Both the position numbers and the translations under genes were made by a program. This document shows, in pieces, positions 15,934-25,653 of a stretch of DNA of 55,234 bases. Under the pieces are notes generated by a model, which saw only the letters and a list, made by a program, of their open reading frames with translations, did no database searches and was not told where the DNA came from. This stretch comes from Candidatus Omnitrophota bacterium (GTDB lineage Bacteria; Omnitrophota; Gorgyraeia; Gygaellales; Profunditerraquicolaceae). Location: positions 1-55,234 of the forward strand of contig JAZDFW010000066.1 of NCBI GenBank assembly GCA_043807505.1, in the 5' to 3' direction. Position 1 is the first letter of the stretch; every line of letters begins with the position of its first letter.

Positions 15934-16661
15934 GAGAACTTAACTTAACGGAAAAACATAAAAAAACACTTGATGAATTCTTGCAAAGATTAAAATCAAT
16001 CTACAATCAGGATTTAGTTTCGCTAATCCTTTATGGCAGCGCCGCAAGCAATGAATTCGTAGATAAAAATTCAAATTTAAATATTCTAGTGGTTTTAACT
16101 AACACCAATCTGGATAATTTGCAGCTTGCACAAAACACAATAACTAAATTAAAATTTGCAAGAATTCATGCATTATTTATGACTGAAGAATATATCAAAA
16201 GTTCTTTAGATGTATTTCCTGTCGAATTCCTGGATATAAAAGAAAACAACATTGTATTATTTGGTAAGGATATTTTTAAAGATGTATCTATTGAAACCAA
16301 AAATTTGAGGTTTCAGTGTGAGCAGGAACTTAAATCAAAGCTAATAAACCTTAAACAGCAATACCTAAGAATTAATCCAAAGGCGAAAAGTGCCTTGGCT
16401 GATTTATTATTCAGGAATTTTACTTCAATAATACATATATTGCGAAACATTGTGCGCCTTAAAGGCAAAACACCTTCTTACTTAAAGGAGGCGATTATAG
16501 CCGAAGTTGCCCTGGAGCTTAAAGTAGAGGTAATTACCTTTATGAAAATATTAGAAGCAAAGAAAAATCCGGATATTTTAAAAAGAGAAGACATGCAATC
16601 GCTTTTAAATGATTTCGTAAGAGAAATTGAAAAGATAATTAAAGTGGTTGATGAGGTCTAA
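15930..16661 (+). CDS. Nucleotidyltransferase-fold protein
   Basis: LILYGSAA motif followed by SNLNILVV; helical C-terminal half; linked to TPM and lemA. Confidence 0.7.
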   Translation: MRELNLTEKHKKTLDEFLQRLKSIYNQDLVSLILYGSAASNEFVDKNSNLNILVVLTNTNLDNLQLAQNTITKLKFARIHALFMTEEYIKSSLDVFPVEFLDIKENNIVLFGKDIFKDVSIETKNLRFQCEQELKSKLINLKQQYLRINPKAKSALADLLFRNFTSIIHILRNIVRLKGKTPSYLKEAIIAEVALELKVEVITFMKILEAKKNPDILKREDMQSLLNDFVREIEKIIKVVDEV

Positions 16662-16670
16662 TCCAAGAAT

Positions 16671-17414
16671 ATGCGCAAAATATTTTTATTATTTTTTTCT
16701 TTGCTCTCTTGTACTTTAATCTATGCGCAACAAACTCAAGAGCCGACTGGCTGGGTAAATGATTACGCAGGGGTCATAAGTAATAAATATCAAGAAAAGC
16801 TTACTTCTTTAATTAAAGAAGTAGAAACTAAGACTTCCGCGGAAATCTTTATTGTAACACTTCAGTCAATAGCGCCTTTTGATGAAAAACAATACACACG
16901 TTCGCTCTTTGACAAATGGAAGCTGGGGAAAAAAGGAAAAGATAACGGTGTTTTATTATTGCTGGCGATTAAAGAACGCCGCTGGCGCATTGAAACCGGT
17001 TACGGCATAGAAGGAATTCTGCCTGACGGCCTCTGTGGTGAAATCGGCAGGAACTATATGGTGCCGTATTTTAAGAATGGTAAATATAGCGAGGGTTTGT
17101 ATCAAGGCGCGCTTAAAATTTCTCAAATTATAACTCGAGACGCTAATGTAAATTTAATAGCATTGGAAGGCTTTAAAGATAAACTACCATGGGAATCAAA
17201 AGCGCCTATAATTTTTCTATTATTTCTAATAGCCTCTTCAATTTTATTTAATTATCTATTCAATAAAAGAACACCTGGCCGCGGAGATAACGCAGGGGTT
17301 AATTATGGCAGTAATTCTTGGGGGAGTGGTTGGGGTGGCGGTGGATTTGGCGGTGGAGGATTTGGCGGCGGCGGTGGTGGCGGTGGTGGCGGAGGAAGCG
17401 GCGGAGGGTTTTAA
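16671..17414 (+). CDS. TPM domain membrane protein (YgcG-like)
   Basis: VNDYAG, GKKGKDNGVLLL, RIETGYGIEGILPD, TM helix, Gly-rich tail. Confidence 0.92.
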   Translation: MRKIFLLFFSLLSCTLIYAQQTQEPTGWVNDYAGVISNKYQEKLTSLIKEVETKTSAEIFIVTLQSIAPFDEKQYTRSLFDKWKLGKKGKDNGVLLLLAIKERRWRIETGYGIEGILPDGLCGEIGRNYMVPYFKNGKYSEGLYQGALKISQIITRDANVNLIALEGFKDKLPWESKAPIIFLLFLIASSILFNYLFNKRTPGRGDNAGVNYGSNSWGSGWGGGGFGGGGFGGGGGGGGGGGSGGGF

Positions 17415-17466
17415 CCCAGAAGGGGTAGACCCACCGATACATTTAAAGGTGGGGTCTAACCCAGAA
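17412..17466. repeat. Hairpin bracketed by 10-bp direct repeats
   Basis: TAACCCAGAA at 17412 and 17457; TAGACCCACC...GGTGGGGTCTA stem between them. Confidence 0.5.
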
Positions 17467-17491
17467 CGGGAGGGGTGTAAAGGAGGTAAAA

Positions 17492-18058
17492 ATGAAAAAC
17501 ATATTTATTGGTTTAGGAATAATTGTTCTTATAATCATCATTGTTTTTGTTTCAGTAATTTCTTTTTATAATGGCATTGTGACTAAGCATGAAACAATTA
17601 CCGCGAAATGGGCGCAGGTTGAAAATCAATTACAGAGGCGCAATGACTTAATTCCGAATTTAGTGAATTCGGTCAAAGGGTATGCATCGCACGAGAAGAC
17701 TCTTTTTGAAGACGTAACCAATGCACGTTCGCAGTGGGCAAAGGCAAATACAGTCGATGAAAAAGTTAAAGCAGCAACAGTTGTAGATTCTGCGTTAAGT
17801 AGGTTACTTTTAGTGGTAGAAAATTATCCTAACCTAAAGGCAGACCAGACATTCCTGGCGTTAATGGATGAGTTAGCTGGAACAGAAAATCGAATTGCCG
17901 TTGAGAGAATGCGTTATAATGAGTCAGTCAGGGATTATAATGTTACAGTGAGAATGTTTCCGGGTAATATTGTAGCCGGTATGTTTGGTTACAAGACAGC
18001 CACAGAGTATTTTAAAGCCGAAGAAAAAGCAAAAACAGTTCCGGAAGTGAAGTTTTAG
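17492..18058 (+). CDS. lemA: LemA family protein
   Basis: N-terminal TM, QLQRRNDLIPNLV, ENYPNLKA, ENRIAVER. Confidence 0.95.
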   Translation: MKNIFIGLGIIVLIIIIVFVSVISFYNGIVTKHETITAKWAQVENQLQRRNDLIPNLVNSVKGYASHEKTLFEDVTNARSQWAKANTVDEKVKAATVVDSALSRLLLVVENYPNLKADQTFLALMDELAGTENRIAVERMRYNESVRDYNVTVRMFPGNIVAGMFGYKTATEYFKAEEKAKTVPEVKF

Positions 18059-18068
18059 AAAAAGTATT

Positions 18069-19271
18069 ATGAAATATATAGTTATAGTCCCTGACGGAAT
18101 GGCGGATTACCCGATTAAAGAATTGGGTGATCGTACACCTTTAGAGGCAGCAAAAACCCCTAATTTTGATTTCATTGCAAAAGAAGGCATCTTGGGCCAG
18201 GTTAAAACAATCCCCGAAAAAATGACCCCTGCTTCTGATGTTGCCAATATTTCAATCTTAGGCTATGACCCTGCAATATATTATTCAGGGCGCGGGCCCC
18301 TGGAAGCGGCAAACTTAGGAGTAGAGCTTGAAAACGGCGATGTTGCTTTTAGGTGTAATTTAATTACGATTAGCCAGGATAAGTTAATCGATTATAGTGC
18401 GGGCCACATCAACTCTAGCGAAGCTTCAATCCTGATAAAATCTATTGATGAAAAATTAGGCACAAATAGGATTAAGTTTTTTCCGGGAGTTAGTTACCGG
18501 CACTTAATGTTGGTAAAAAGAGGCGAAGAATTACATTTAGAAAACTTAAAATGTAAGCCTCCGCATGACATTATAGGAAAAAAGGTATCGAAAAATTTGC
18601 CTTGCGGCGATAACGCGGAGTTTTTAATTAACCTGATGCGGGAATCCCGTAAGATACTGGATAACCATGAGATAAATCTGGTAAGGATTGATCTCAAAGA
18701 AAATCCGGGCAATATGATCTGGCTTTGGGGCCAGGGCAAAAAACCCAACATGCCTAAATTTATTGATAAATTCGGCTTAACTGGGAGCGTTATCTCAGCA
18801 GTTGATTTAATAAAAGGCGTGGGTAAAATAATTGGGTTGGATGTAATAGATGTTGTTGGTGCAACCGGTTATTACGATACGAATTATCTAAACAAAGCAA
18901 AAGCCGCATTAAAAGCATTGAAAAAAAATGATTTTGTTTTTATCCATATCGAAGCCCCTGATGAAGCGGGGCATAACGGCAATTTAAGGGAAAAAATTAC
19001 CGCTATCGAAAGATGCGACCAGATAATTTTAGGCACAATTTTAGAAGCGCTTAAAGGAAATAAGGATTTTCGTATTTTAGTTTTACCTGACCATGCGACT
19101 CCTATTCAACTAAAGACGCATGTTTGCGATAAAGTTTGTTTCGGTATGTTCGGTAAGGGAATCGCTTCAAAAGGATTTTTAAAATACAGCGAAAAGGAAG
19201 CGGAAAAATCAGAGCTTTATTTTGAAAAGGGCCATGAGCTCATGGAATACTTTATCAAACATTCTGATTAG
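18069..19271 (+). CDS. Cofactor-independent phosphoglycerate mutase family protein (ApgM-like; proposed alternative homoserine kinase clade)
   Basis: PDGMAD, TPLEAA, SDVAN, GRGPLEA, EAPDEAGH, PDHATP; lies among hom, thrC and lysC. Confidence 0.85.
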   Translation: MKYIVIVPDGMADYPIKELGDRTPLEAAKTPNFDFIAKEGILGQVKTIPEKMTPASDVANISILGYDPAIYYSGRGPLEAANLGVELENGDVAFRCNLITISQDKLIDYSAGHINSSEASILIKSIDEKLGTNRIKFFPGVSYRHLMLVKRGEELHLENLKCKPPHDIIGKKVSKNLPCGDNAEFLINLMRESRKILDNHEINLVRIDLKENPGNMIWLWGQGKKPNMPKFIDKFGLTGSVISAVDLIKGVGKIIGLDVIDVVGATGYYDTNYLNKAKAALKALKKNDFVFIHIEAPDEAGHNGNLREKITAIERCDQIILGTILEALKGNKDFRILVLPDHATPIQLKTHVCDKVCFGMFGKGIASKGFLKYSEKEAEKSELYFEKGHELMEYFIKHSD

Positions 19272-19304
19272 CGGCAAATGAGTGCTTTAATTAAGGAGTA
19301 AAAA

Positions 19305-20525
19305 ATGTCTGGTAAATTGATAGTGCAAAAATTTGGCGGCTCATCAGTAGCCAATGTTGAAAAATTACAAAATGTCGCCAAAAGAGTAACAAGTTATAAA
19401 AAGAAGGGGTTTGATATTGTAGTGGTAGTTTCTGCCTTAGGAGATACAACAGACGAACTAATAGAATTAGCTGCTAAAATTAATACTGAACCTAGTGAAC
19501 GCGAAATGGATATGCTTTTGTCTACGGGCGAACAAATTTCTGTAGCCCTGCTTGCAATGGCAATACATAAATTTAAAGTTGAGGCAATATCCTTTACCGG
19601 CTCCCAAGTCGGTATTATTACTGACACAAGCCATACCCGTGCAAGAATCCTTAAAATAAACGTGGACAAAATACGAGAGGAATTGAAAAAAGGGAAAGTT
19701 GTTATTGTGGCGGGTTTTCAGGGTGTAACCTTAACTCAAGATATCACAACTTTAGGCCGCGGCGGTTCAGACCTGACTGCGGTAGCCCTGGCAAAAGAGC
19801 TGCATGCCGATGAGTGCGAAATTTATACTGACGTAGAAGGCATCTATACGGCTGATCCTCGAATTGAACCGCTTGCTAAAAAAATCGACGCAATAACTTA
19901 CGACGAAATGCTTGAAATGGCATCACTGGGCGCACAGGTAATGCAGGCACGTTCTATTGAAGTAGCAAAAAAATTTGATGTTCCAATACATGTTCGTTCA
20001 TCGTTCTCTGAAAATCCAGGTACGATGATCACAAAGGAGGTTAAAAGGATGGAAGAGGTTGTCGTATCTAGCGTAACATTAAATAGGAGTGATTCAAAGA
20101 TTACTGTTTGTACTGTCCCTGACCATCCGGGCGTGGCGGCTAGAATTTTTAAAGAATTAGCCTCAAACGGCATTAGTGTAGATATGATTGTTCAAAATGT
20201 ATCCCACCTGCGTCAAACAGATATTTCTTTTACGGTAAATAAGGCCCAAGCCGCAAAAACCGTAAAGATTACTAAGAAAGTAGCAAATAAAGTAGGCGCA
20301 GGTGACGTGTTAGAGGACAATGATATAGCGCGTATCTCGATTGTGGGCGTCGGAATGAAATCGCATCCGGGTGTTGCGGCAACCATGTTTGATACCCTGG
20401 CTAAAAATAAAATTAACATCGAGATGATTTCTACGTCTGATATTAGTATTTCCTGTATCATCCAGAAAAAGTTCGCCGAAACCGCGGTGCGCGCGTTACA
20501 TGGAAAATTTGGATTGCAAAAGTGA
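19305..20525 (+). CDS. lysC: Aspartate kinase
   Basis: VQKFGGSSV, TLGRGGSD, TDVEG, two ACT domains. Confidence 0.97.
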   Translation: MSGKLIVQKFGGSSVANVEKLQNVAKRVTSYKKKGFDIVVVVSALGDTTDELIELAAKINTEPSEREMDMLLSTGEQISVALLAMAIHKFKVEAISFTGSQVGIITDTSHTRARILKINVDKIREELKKGKVVIVAGFQGVTLTQDITTLGRGGSDLTAVALAKELHADECEIYTDVEGIYTADPRIEPLAKKIDAITYDEMLEMASLGAQVMQARSIEVAKKFDVPIHVRSSFSENPGTMITKEVKRMEEVVVSSVTLNRSDSKITVCTVPDHPGVAARIFKELASNGISVDMIVQNVSHLRQTDISFTVNKAQAAKTVKITKKVANKVGAGDVLEDNDIARISIVGVGMKSHPGVAATMFDTLAKNKINIEMISTSDISISCIIQKKFAETAVRALHGKFGLQK

Positions 20526-20538
20526 AGGTGAGGTAAGA

Positions 20539-22110
20539 ATGCCTAGTGTAAAAATTTACGATACTACTTTGCGTGACGGCAGCCAAAGCGAAGGGATTTC
20601 TTATTCTGTTGCGGATAAAATCCTTATTGCCGATGAACTGGATAATAAATTAGGAGTACCTTATATCGAAGGCGGCTGGCCAGGCTCAAATCCAAAAGAT
20701 ATGGAGTTTTTCCTAAAAATGCAAAAAAAACGCCTGAAAAACGCGCAGCTTGTTGCTTTTAGTATGACACGCAGGCCGCTTATTAAAGCTTCTGTTGATG
20801 CGAATATTAAAGCTATTATTAAATCCGGGGCAAAATTTGTTACTATTGTCGGTAAAACCTGGGATTTGCATGTAACGGACGTATTGAAAATTTCTCTCGA
20901 AGAAAATCTCAACATGATTAAAGATACGATAAGTTTCTTAGTTTTAAATGGCTTAACGGTATTTTATGACGCAGAGCATTTCTTTGATGCCTATGTTGAT
21001 AACCCGGAATACAGCCTTAAGTGCCTGCTTACTGCTCAAGAAGCTGGTGCAGAAAATATCTGTTTATGCGATACAAACGGCGGAACGCTTAGTTCAAAAA
21101 TCTTAAATATGATTAAAGAAATCAGGCCACAGATAAAGCTCGAATTAGGAATCCATTGCCACAATGATAATGGGCTTGCAATCGCGAATTCCATAGCGGC
21201 AGTTGAAGCTGGCTGCAGCATGGTCCAAGGGACAATTAACGGATACGGCGAAAGGTGTGGAAATGCCGATTTAATTCCAATCATCATAAACCTTCAATTA
21301 AAAATGGGTATTAACTGTATCGCTAGTGATAAATTAAAGGAACTAACGCATGTATCGCATTTTGTCAGCGAAATAAGTAATATGCGCCTAAAAAATGACC
21401 AGCCGTATGTTGGCGACTCTGCTTTTGCGCATAAGGGCGGTATGCATATTAATGCGGTAATGAAAAATCCTAAAACTTATGAACACATAGACCCGGCTCT
21501 TGTGGGAAACCGCCGGAAAGTGTTGATTTCTGAGCTTGGCGGCAAAACGGGTATTTTGCTGCGAGCCAAACAACTAGAATTAGATTTAAGTAAAAATGAC
21601 CCAAAAACAAAGAAAATCTTAAAACTTATTCAAAGCTTAGAATACCAGGGGTATCACTTTGAAGCTGCTGAAGCTTCCTTTGAATTGCTAATGAAGAAAG
21701 CGCTAAAAAAATACAGTAAATTTTTTGAATTAGAAGGTTTTCGGGTCGTTAATGAAAAACAAGGCGATAAAAAAATTACTTCTGAAGCTATTATTAAGGT
21801 GAAGGTGAAAGGAAAAAAAGAACATACTGCTGCCGAAGGTGACGGCCCGGTAAACGCCCTTGATAATGCGATTAGGAAAGCTTTAAAAGACTTTTATCCC
21901 ACACTTTCAGAAATGCGCTTAACAGATTTCAAGGTCAGGGTGCTGGATGAAAAAGCAGGAACTGCCGCGCGCGTACGCGTTTTAATTCAATCTCAGGACA
22001 AAAAAGACACCTGGAGCACTATAGGTGTCTCTGAGAATATCATCGAGGCAAGCTGGCAGGCATTGGTTGATAGTATTGAATATAAATTACTAAAAGACAA
22101 AGTAAAATAA
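20539..22110 (+). CDS. cimA: Citramalate synthase
   Basis: DTTLRDG, GGWPGSNPKD (CimA-type), HCHND, AHKGGMH, GDGPVNALD; GAGG SD before ATG 20539. Confidence 0.9.
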   Translation: MPSVKIYDTTLRDGSQSEGISYSVADKILIADELDNKLGVPYIEGGWPGSNPKDMEFFLKMQKKRLKNAQLVAFSMTRRPLIKASVDANIKAIIKSGAKFVTIVGKTWDLHVTDVLKISLEENLNMIKDTISFLVLNGLTVFYDAEHFFDAYVDNPEYSLKCLLTAQEAGAENICLCDTNGGTLSSKILNMIKEIRPQIKLELGIHCHNDNGLAIANSIAAVEAGCSMVQGTINGYGERCGNADLIPIIINLQLKMGINCIASDKLKELTHVSHFVSEISNMRLKNDQPYVGDSAFAHKGGMHINAVMKNPKTYEHIDPALVGNRRKVLISELGGKTGILLRAKQLELDLSKNDPKTKKILKLIQSLEYQGYHFEAAEASFELLMKKALKKYSKFFELEGFRVVNEKQGDKKITSEAIIKVKVKGKKEHTAAEGDGPVNALDNAIRKALKDFYPTLSEMRLTDFKVRVLDEKAGTAARVRVLIQSQDKKDTWSTIGVSENIIEASWQALVDSIEYKLLKDKVK

Positions 22111-22119
22111 AATTCTAAA

Positions 22120-24819
22120 ATGAATGAAATACCCTCACGTTATAATCCAAAAGACACAGAAGACAAATGGTATAAATTTTGGGAAGATAACTCTTTATTT
22201 TCCGCAAATCCTGACCCTAATAAGAAGCCTTTCACAATAGTAATTCCGCCGCCTAATATTACCGGAATCTTACATATGGGCCATGCCCTAAATAATACCA
22301 TTCAAGACATTCTCATCCGCTATCACAAAATGAAAGGCGAGGAGTCCCTTTGGGTACCCGGGACTGACCACGCCGGTATCGCCACGCAAAATGTCGTAGA
22401 AAAATCACTCGCCAAAGAAAATCTTAAACGTCAAGATTTAGGTAGAGATAAATTTATTGAGCGGGTTTGGCTTTGGAAAGAACAATACGGCTCAACTATT
22501 ATTCGGCAATTAAAAAAACTAGGAGCCTCCTGCGATTGGAATCGGCTGCGTTTTACAATGGACGAGGAATATTCTAAATCAGTCGTAGAGGTTTTTGTCA
22601 GGCTTTATGAAAAAGGCCTGATTTATAGAGGCAGCTACATCATTAATTGGTGCCCGCGTTGCCAAACCGCATTATCAGACGAAGAGGCCCCACACCATGA
22701 ATTACAAGGGAACCTTTATTACCTAAGGTATCCTCTTAAAGAGCAGATACTATCCCCTTCGGGATATGTAGTAGTAGCGACTACCCGTCCGGAAACCATG
22801 CTCGGAGATACCGCGGTAGCAGTCAATCCTAAAGATAAACGTTACAAAAAGCTCATCGGTAAAACATTGATTTTACCTTTGGTAAACAGGGAAATAAAAA
22901 TAATCGCCGATAGTTCGGTCGATATAAAATTTGGCACAGGTGCCGTAAAAGTAACTCCTGCGCACGACCCCAATGATTATGCTTTAGGGAAAAAACACAA
23001 TCTTGAATTTATTAATTGTTTATACCCTGATGCCAGAATGAATGAATTTGCTGGCAGCTATAAGGATATGGACAGATTTGAGGCAAGAGAAGTAATTTTA
23101 GAAGATTTAAAAGAAAAAGGCCTCTTAGAAAAAATTGAACCACACCAATTATCCGCCGGGCATTGTTACCGTTGTCATACAATCATCGAACCATATTTAT
23201 CCCGACAGTGGTTTGTAAAAATGAAGCCTTTAGCTAGTCCTGCTATTGAAGCAGTAAAAAAAGGGCAGATTAAATTCCATCCTAAGCGCTGGACGAAGGT
23301 TTATTTAAACTGGATGGAAAATATCCAAGACTGGTGTATCTCAAGGCAAATTTGGTGGGGACATCGCTTGCCTGTGTATTATTGTAAAAGCTGTCAGCAA
23401 AAAGCTGAAAGCAGAGAGCTGAAAGCTGAAAGCAGAGAAGGGATAATCGTCTCTAAAACAAACCCACAGAATTGCCCTGATTGCGGATCAGCTGAAATTT
23501 ATCAAGATCAAGACGTTTTAGACACCTGGTTTTCCAGCTGGCTTTGGCCATTTGCTACTTTTCATTGGCCAAATGATTCAGCGGACCTGAAATATTTTTA
23601 TCCCACCTCAGTCTTAGTAACTGCCCCGGAAATTATTTTCTTCTGGGTTGCCAGAATGATTATGGCAGGCTTTGAATTTATGGGCAAGCAGCCTTTTAAA
23701 GACGTCTATATCCACGGGACAGTACGTGACATTGAAGGTAAAAAGATGTCTAAGTCATTAGGTAATATCATCGACCCCTTGAAGATTATCAATGAATACG
23801 GCACGGATGCGCTGCGTTTTAGCCTGATTTCTATTACTGCGCAAGGCCAAGACGTATTCCTCTCTAAGGAAAGGTTCGAACAAGGCAGAAATTTTGCCAA
23901 TAAAATCTGGAATGCCTCCCGTTTTATCCTTATGAATTTAGAACCATCCAACATAAAAGTTGATTTATGCGAATTCTTCCGGAAAGAAGATTTAAGTTTA
24001 GTTAACTGCTGGATACTAAGCAGGTTTTATTCTGTCCTGAAAGAACTGAATTCTGATTTAGAGGCCTATAAGTTTAATGAAGCGGCAAATGCTCTTTACA
24101 GTTTCTTTTGGCATGAATTCTGCGACTGGTATCTGGAGCTGATTAAACCGGACATAAAAGAGCGCCAGAATCAGGTGGTAATGTATAAGGTCCTTGAGAA
24201 ATTCTTGAGGGTTCTGCACCCTTTTATGCCATTCATAACAGAAGAGGTCTGGCAGAAGTTACAGGGACTGTCCCCGTCCTTCGACTTAAACAGCATAATG
24301 ATTCAACCTTGGCCGCACGTACAGGAACAAATTATTGACAAAAAGATCCAGAAACAGGTACAGGCTGTATTTAATGCCATTACCCAAATAAGGAATTTAC
24401 GCACCTCAATTGAGCTTAAACCCGAACAACAAGTAAACATTTCTATGTATCCTCATTCTAAAACAATACGGGAAATCTTAAAAGAAAACGCTCCTTTTAT
24501 TAAAAATCTGGCAAGGCTTGAATCATTGGCCATAATGGAAGTTAACGAAAAACCATCCTGTTCCATTAGTGCGGTTATCGAGGATATTGATATCTATTTG
24601 CATTTTACCGGCCTGTTCGATATTACCAAAGAAAAGAGTAAAATCCAAGCCAAGCTAAACTGCATAATCAAGATGATAAAATCCAAAGATGAAAGATTGA
24701 GTAACCCGGATTTTGTAAAGAGGGCCCCGCAGGAAATTATCTTGAAAGAAAAAGAGGGAAGGGATAAGTTGGCGGATGAACTAAAAAGGCTGGAGAAAAT
24801 ATTCAATGAGCTCCGTTAA
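22120..24819 (+). CDS. valS: Valine--tRNA ligase
   Basis: PPPNITGILHMGH, DWCISRQ, KMSKS, C-terminal coiled coil. Confidence 0.98.
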   Translation: MNEIPSRYNPKDTEDKWYKFWEDNSLFSANPDPNKKPFTIVIPPPNITGILHMGHALNNTIQDILIRYHKMKGEESLWVPGTDHAGIATQNVVEKSLAKENLKRQDLGRDKFIERVWLWKEQYGSTIIRQLKKLGASCDWNRLRFTMDEEYSKSVVEVFVRLYEKGLIYRGSYIINWCPRCQTALSDEEAPHHELQGNLYYLRYPLKEQILSPSGYVVVATTRPETMLGDTAVAVNPKDKRYKKLIGKTLILPLVNREIKIIADSSVDIKFGTGAVKVTPAHDPNDYALGKKHNLEFINCLYPDARMNEFAGSYKDMDRFEAREVILEDLKEKGLLEKIEPHQLSAGHCYRCHTIIEPYLSRQWFVKMKPLASPAIEAVKKGQIKFHPKRWTKVYLNWMENIQDWCISRQIWWGHRLPVYYCKSCQQKAESRELKAESREGIIVSKTNPQNCPDCGSAEIYQDQDVLDTWFSSWLWPFATFHWPNDSADLKYFYPTSVLVTAPEIIFFWVARMIMAGFEFMGKQPFKDVYIHGTVRDIEGKKMSKSLGNIIDPLKIINEYGTDALRFSLISITAQGQDVFLSKERFEQGRNFANKIWNASRFILMNLEPSNIKVDLCEFFRKEDLSLVNCWILSRFYSVLKELNSDLEAYKFNEAANALYSFFWHEFCDWYLELIKPDIKERQNQVVMYKVLEKFLRVLHPFMPFITEEVWQKLQGLSPSFDLNSIMIQPWPHVQEQIIDKKIQKQVQAVFNAITQIRNLRTSIELKPEQQVNISMYPHSKTIREILKENAPFIKNLARLESLAIMEVNEKPSCSISAVIEDIDIYLHFTGLFDITKEKSKIQAKLNCIIKMIKSKDERLSNPDFVKRAPQEIILKEKEGRDKLADELKRLEKIFNELR
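23390..23438. repeat. Seven tandem heptamers inside valS
   Basis: GCTGTCA GCAAAAA GCTGAAA GCAGAGA GCTGAAA GCTGAAA GCAGAGA, encoding CQQKAESRELKAESRE. Confidence 0.8.
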
Positions 24820-25633
24820 TGAGTTGAAAATAAAAGACATTGTAGCATACGCCCTAAAGGAAGATATCGGCTCAAAGGATATTACAACCCAAGGGTTAAT
24901 TCCGGCTGATAAATTCGTAAAAGCACAAATTATAGTAAAAGAAGATTGTATAGTCTGCGGCTTAAGAATTGCTTCTTTGGCATTTAAAATAATTGATAAA
25001 GATATTAAATTTAAAATTCTCGCCAAAGACGGAGATTTTGTAAAAAAAGGCCGGGTCATTGCCCAAGTCTGCGGAAGAGCCAGAAACATATTAATTGCAG
25101 AAAGAGTTGCGCTGAATTTTTTATGCCTGCTTTGCGGAATCTCGACAAAAGTAAAGAGTTTTGTCAATACTGTAAAGCCGCGTAAGGTAAAAATCATGGA
25201 TACTCGTAAAACTATCCCCTGTATTAGAGCCCTGGAAAAATATGCTGTAAGAATTGGCGGAGGTTTTAATCATCGAATGAGCTTGAGTGATATGATTTTA
25301 GTAAAAGATAACCATCTGCGAATTATCGGTGGAATCGGCAAACTAAAGCAACTCAGCCATAAACACAAAATAGAAATCGAAGTAGAAAATTTAAAAGATT
25401 TTTTGTATGCCTTGAAATTAAAACCCGACATAATCATGCTGGATAATATGAATATAAAAGATATAAGAAAAGCGGTTTTAATCAGAAATAGCCTGACACC
25501 TAAACTAGAAGCCTCAGGAGGCATTACCCTGCAAAATGTTAAACAGTTTGCCGCGACTGGCGTAGATATGATTTCTATCGGAGCGCTAACCCATTCTGTA
25601 AAATCTATTGATATAAGCCTAGAGGTCCTGTAA
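24806..25633 (+). CDS. nadC: Nicotinate-nucleotide diphosphorylase (QPRTase)
   Basis: AERVALN, DTRKT, NHRM, VKDNH, IMLDN, EASGGI. Confidence 0.96.
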   Translation: MSSVNELKIKDIVAYALKEDIGSKDITTQGLIPADKFVKAQIIVKEDCIVCGLRIASLAFKIIDKDIKFKILAKDGDFVKKGRVIAQVCGRARNILIAERVALNFLCLLCGISTKVKSFVNTVKPRKVKIMDTRKTIPCIRALEKYAVRIGGGFNHRMSLSDMILVKDNHLRIIGGIGKLKQLSHKHKIEIEVENLKDFLYALKLKPDIIMLDNMNIKDIRKAVLIRNSLTPKLEASGGITLQNVKQFAATGVDMISIGALTHSVKSIDISLEVL

Positions 25634-25653
25634 CGTCCCAATTAACACTAACT

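Noticed and set aside
17305-17571. 88-aa alternative-frame ORF and GGC/GGT repeats
   Set aside because: Shadow of the Gly-rich TPM tail, which is normal for that family.
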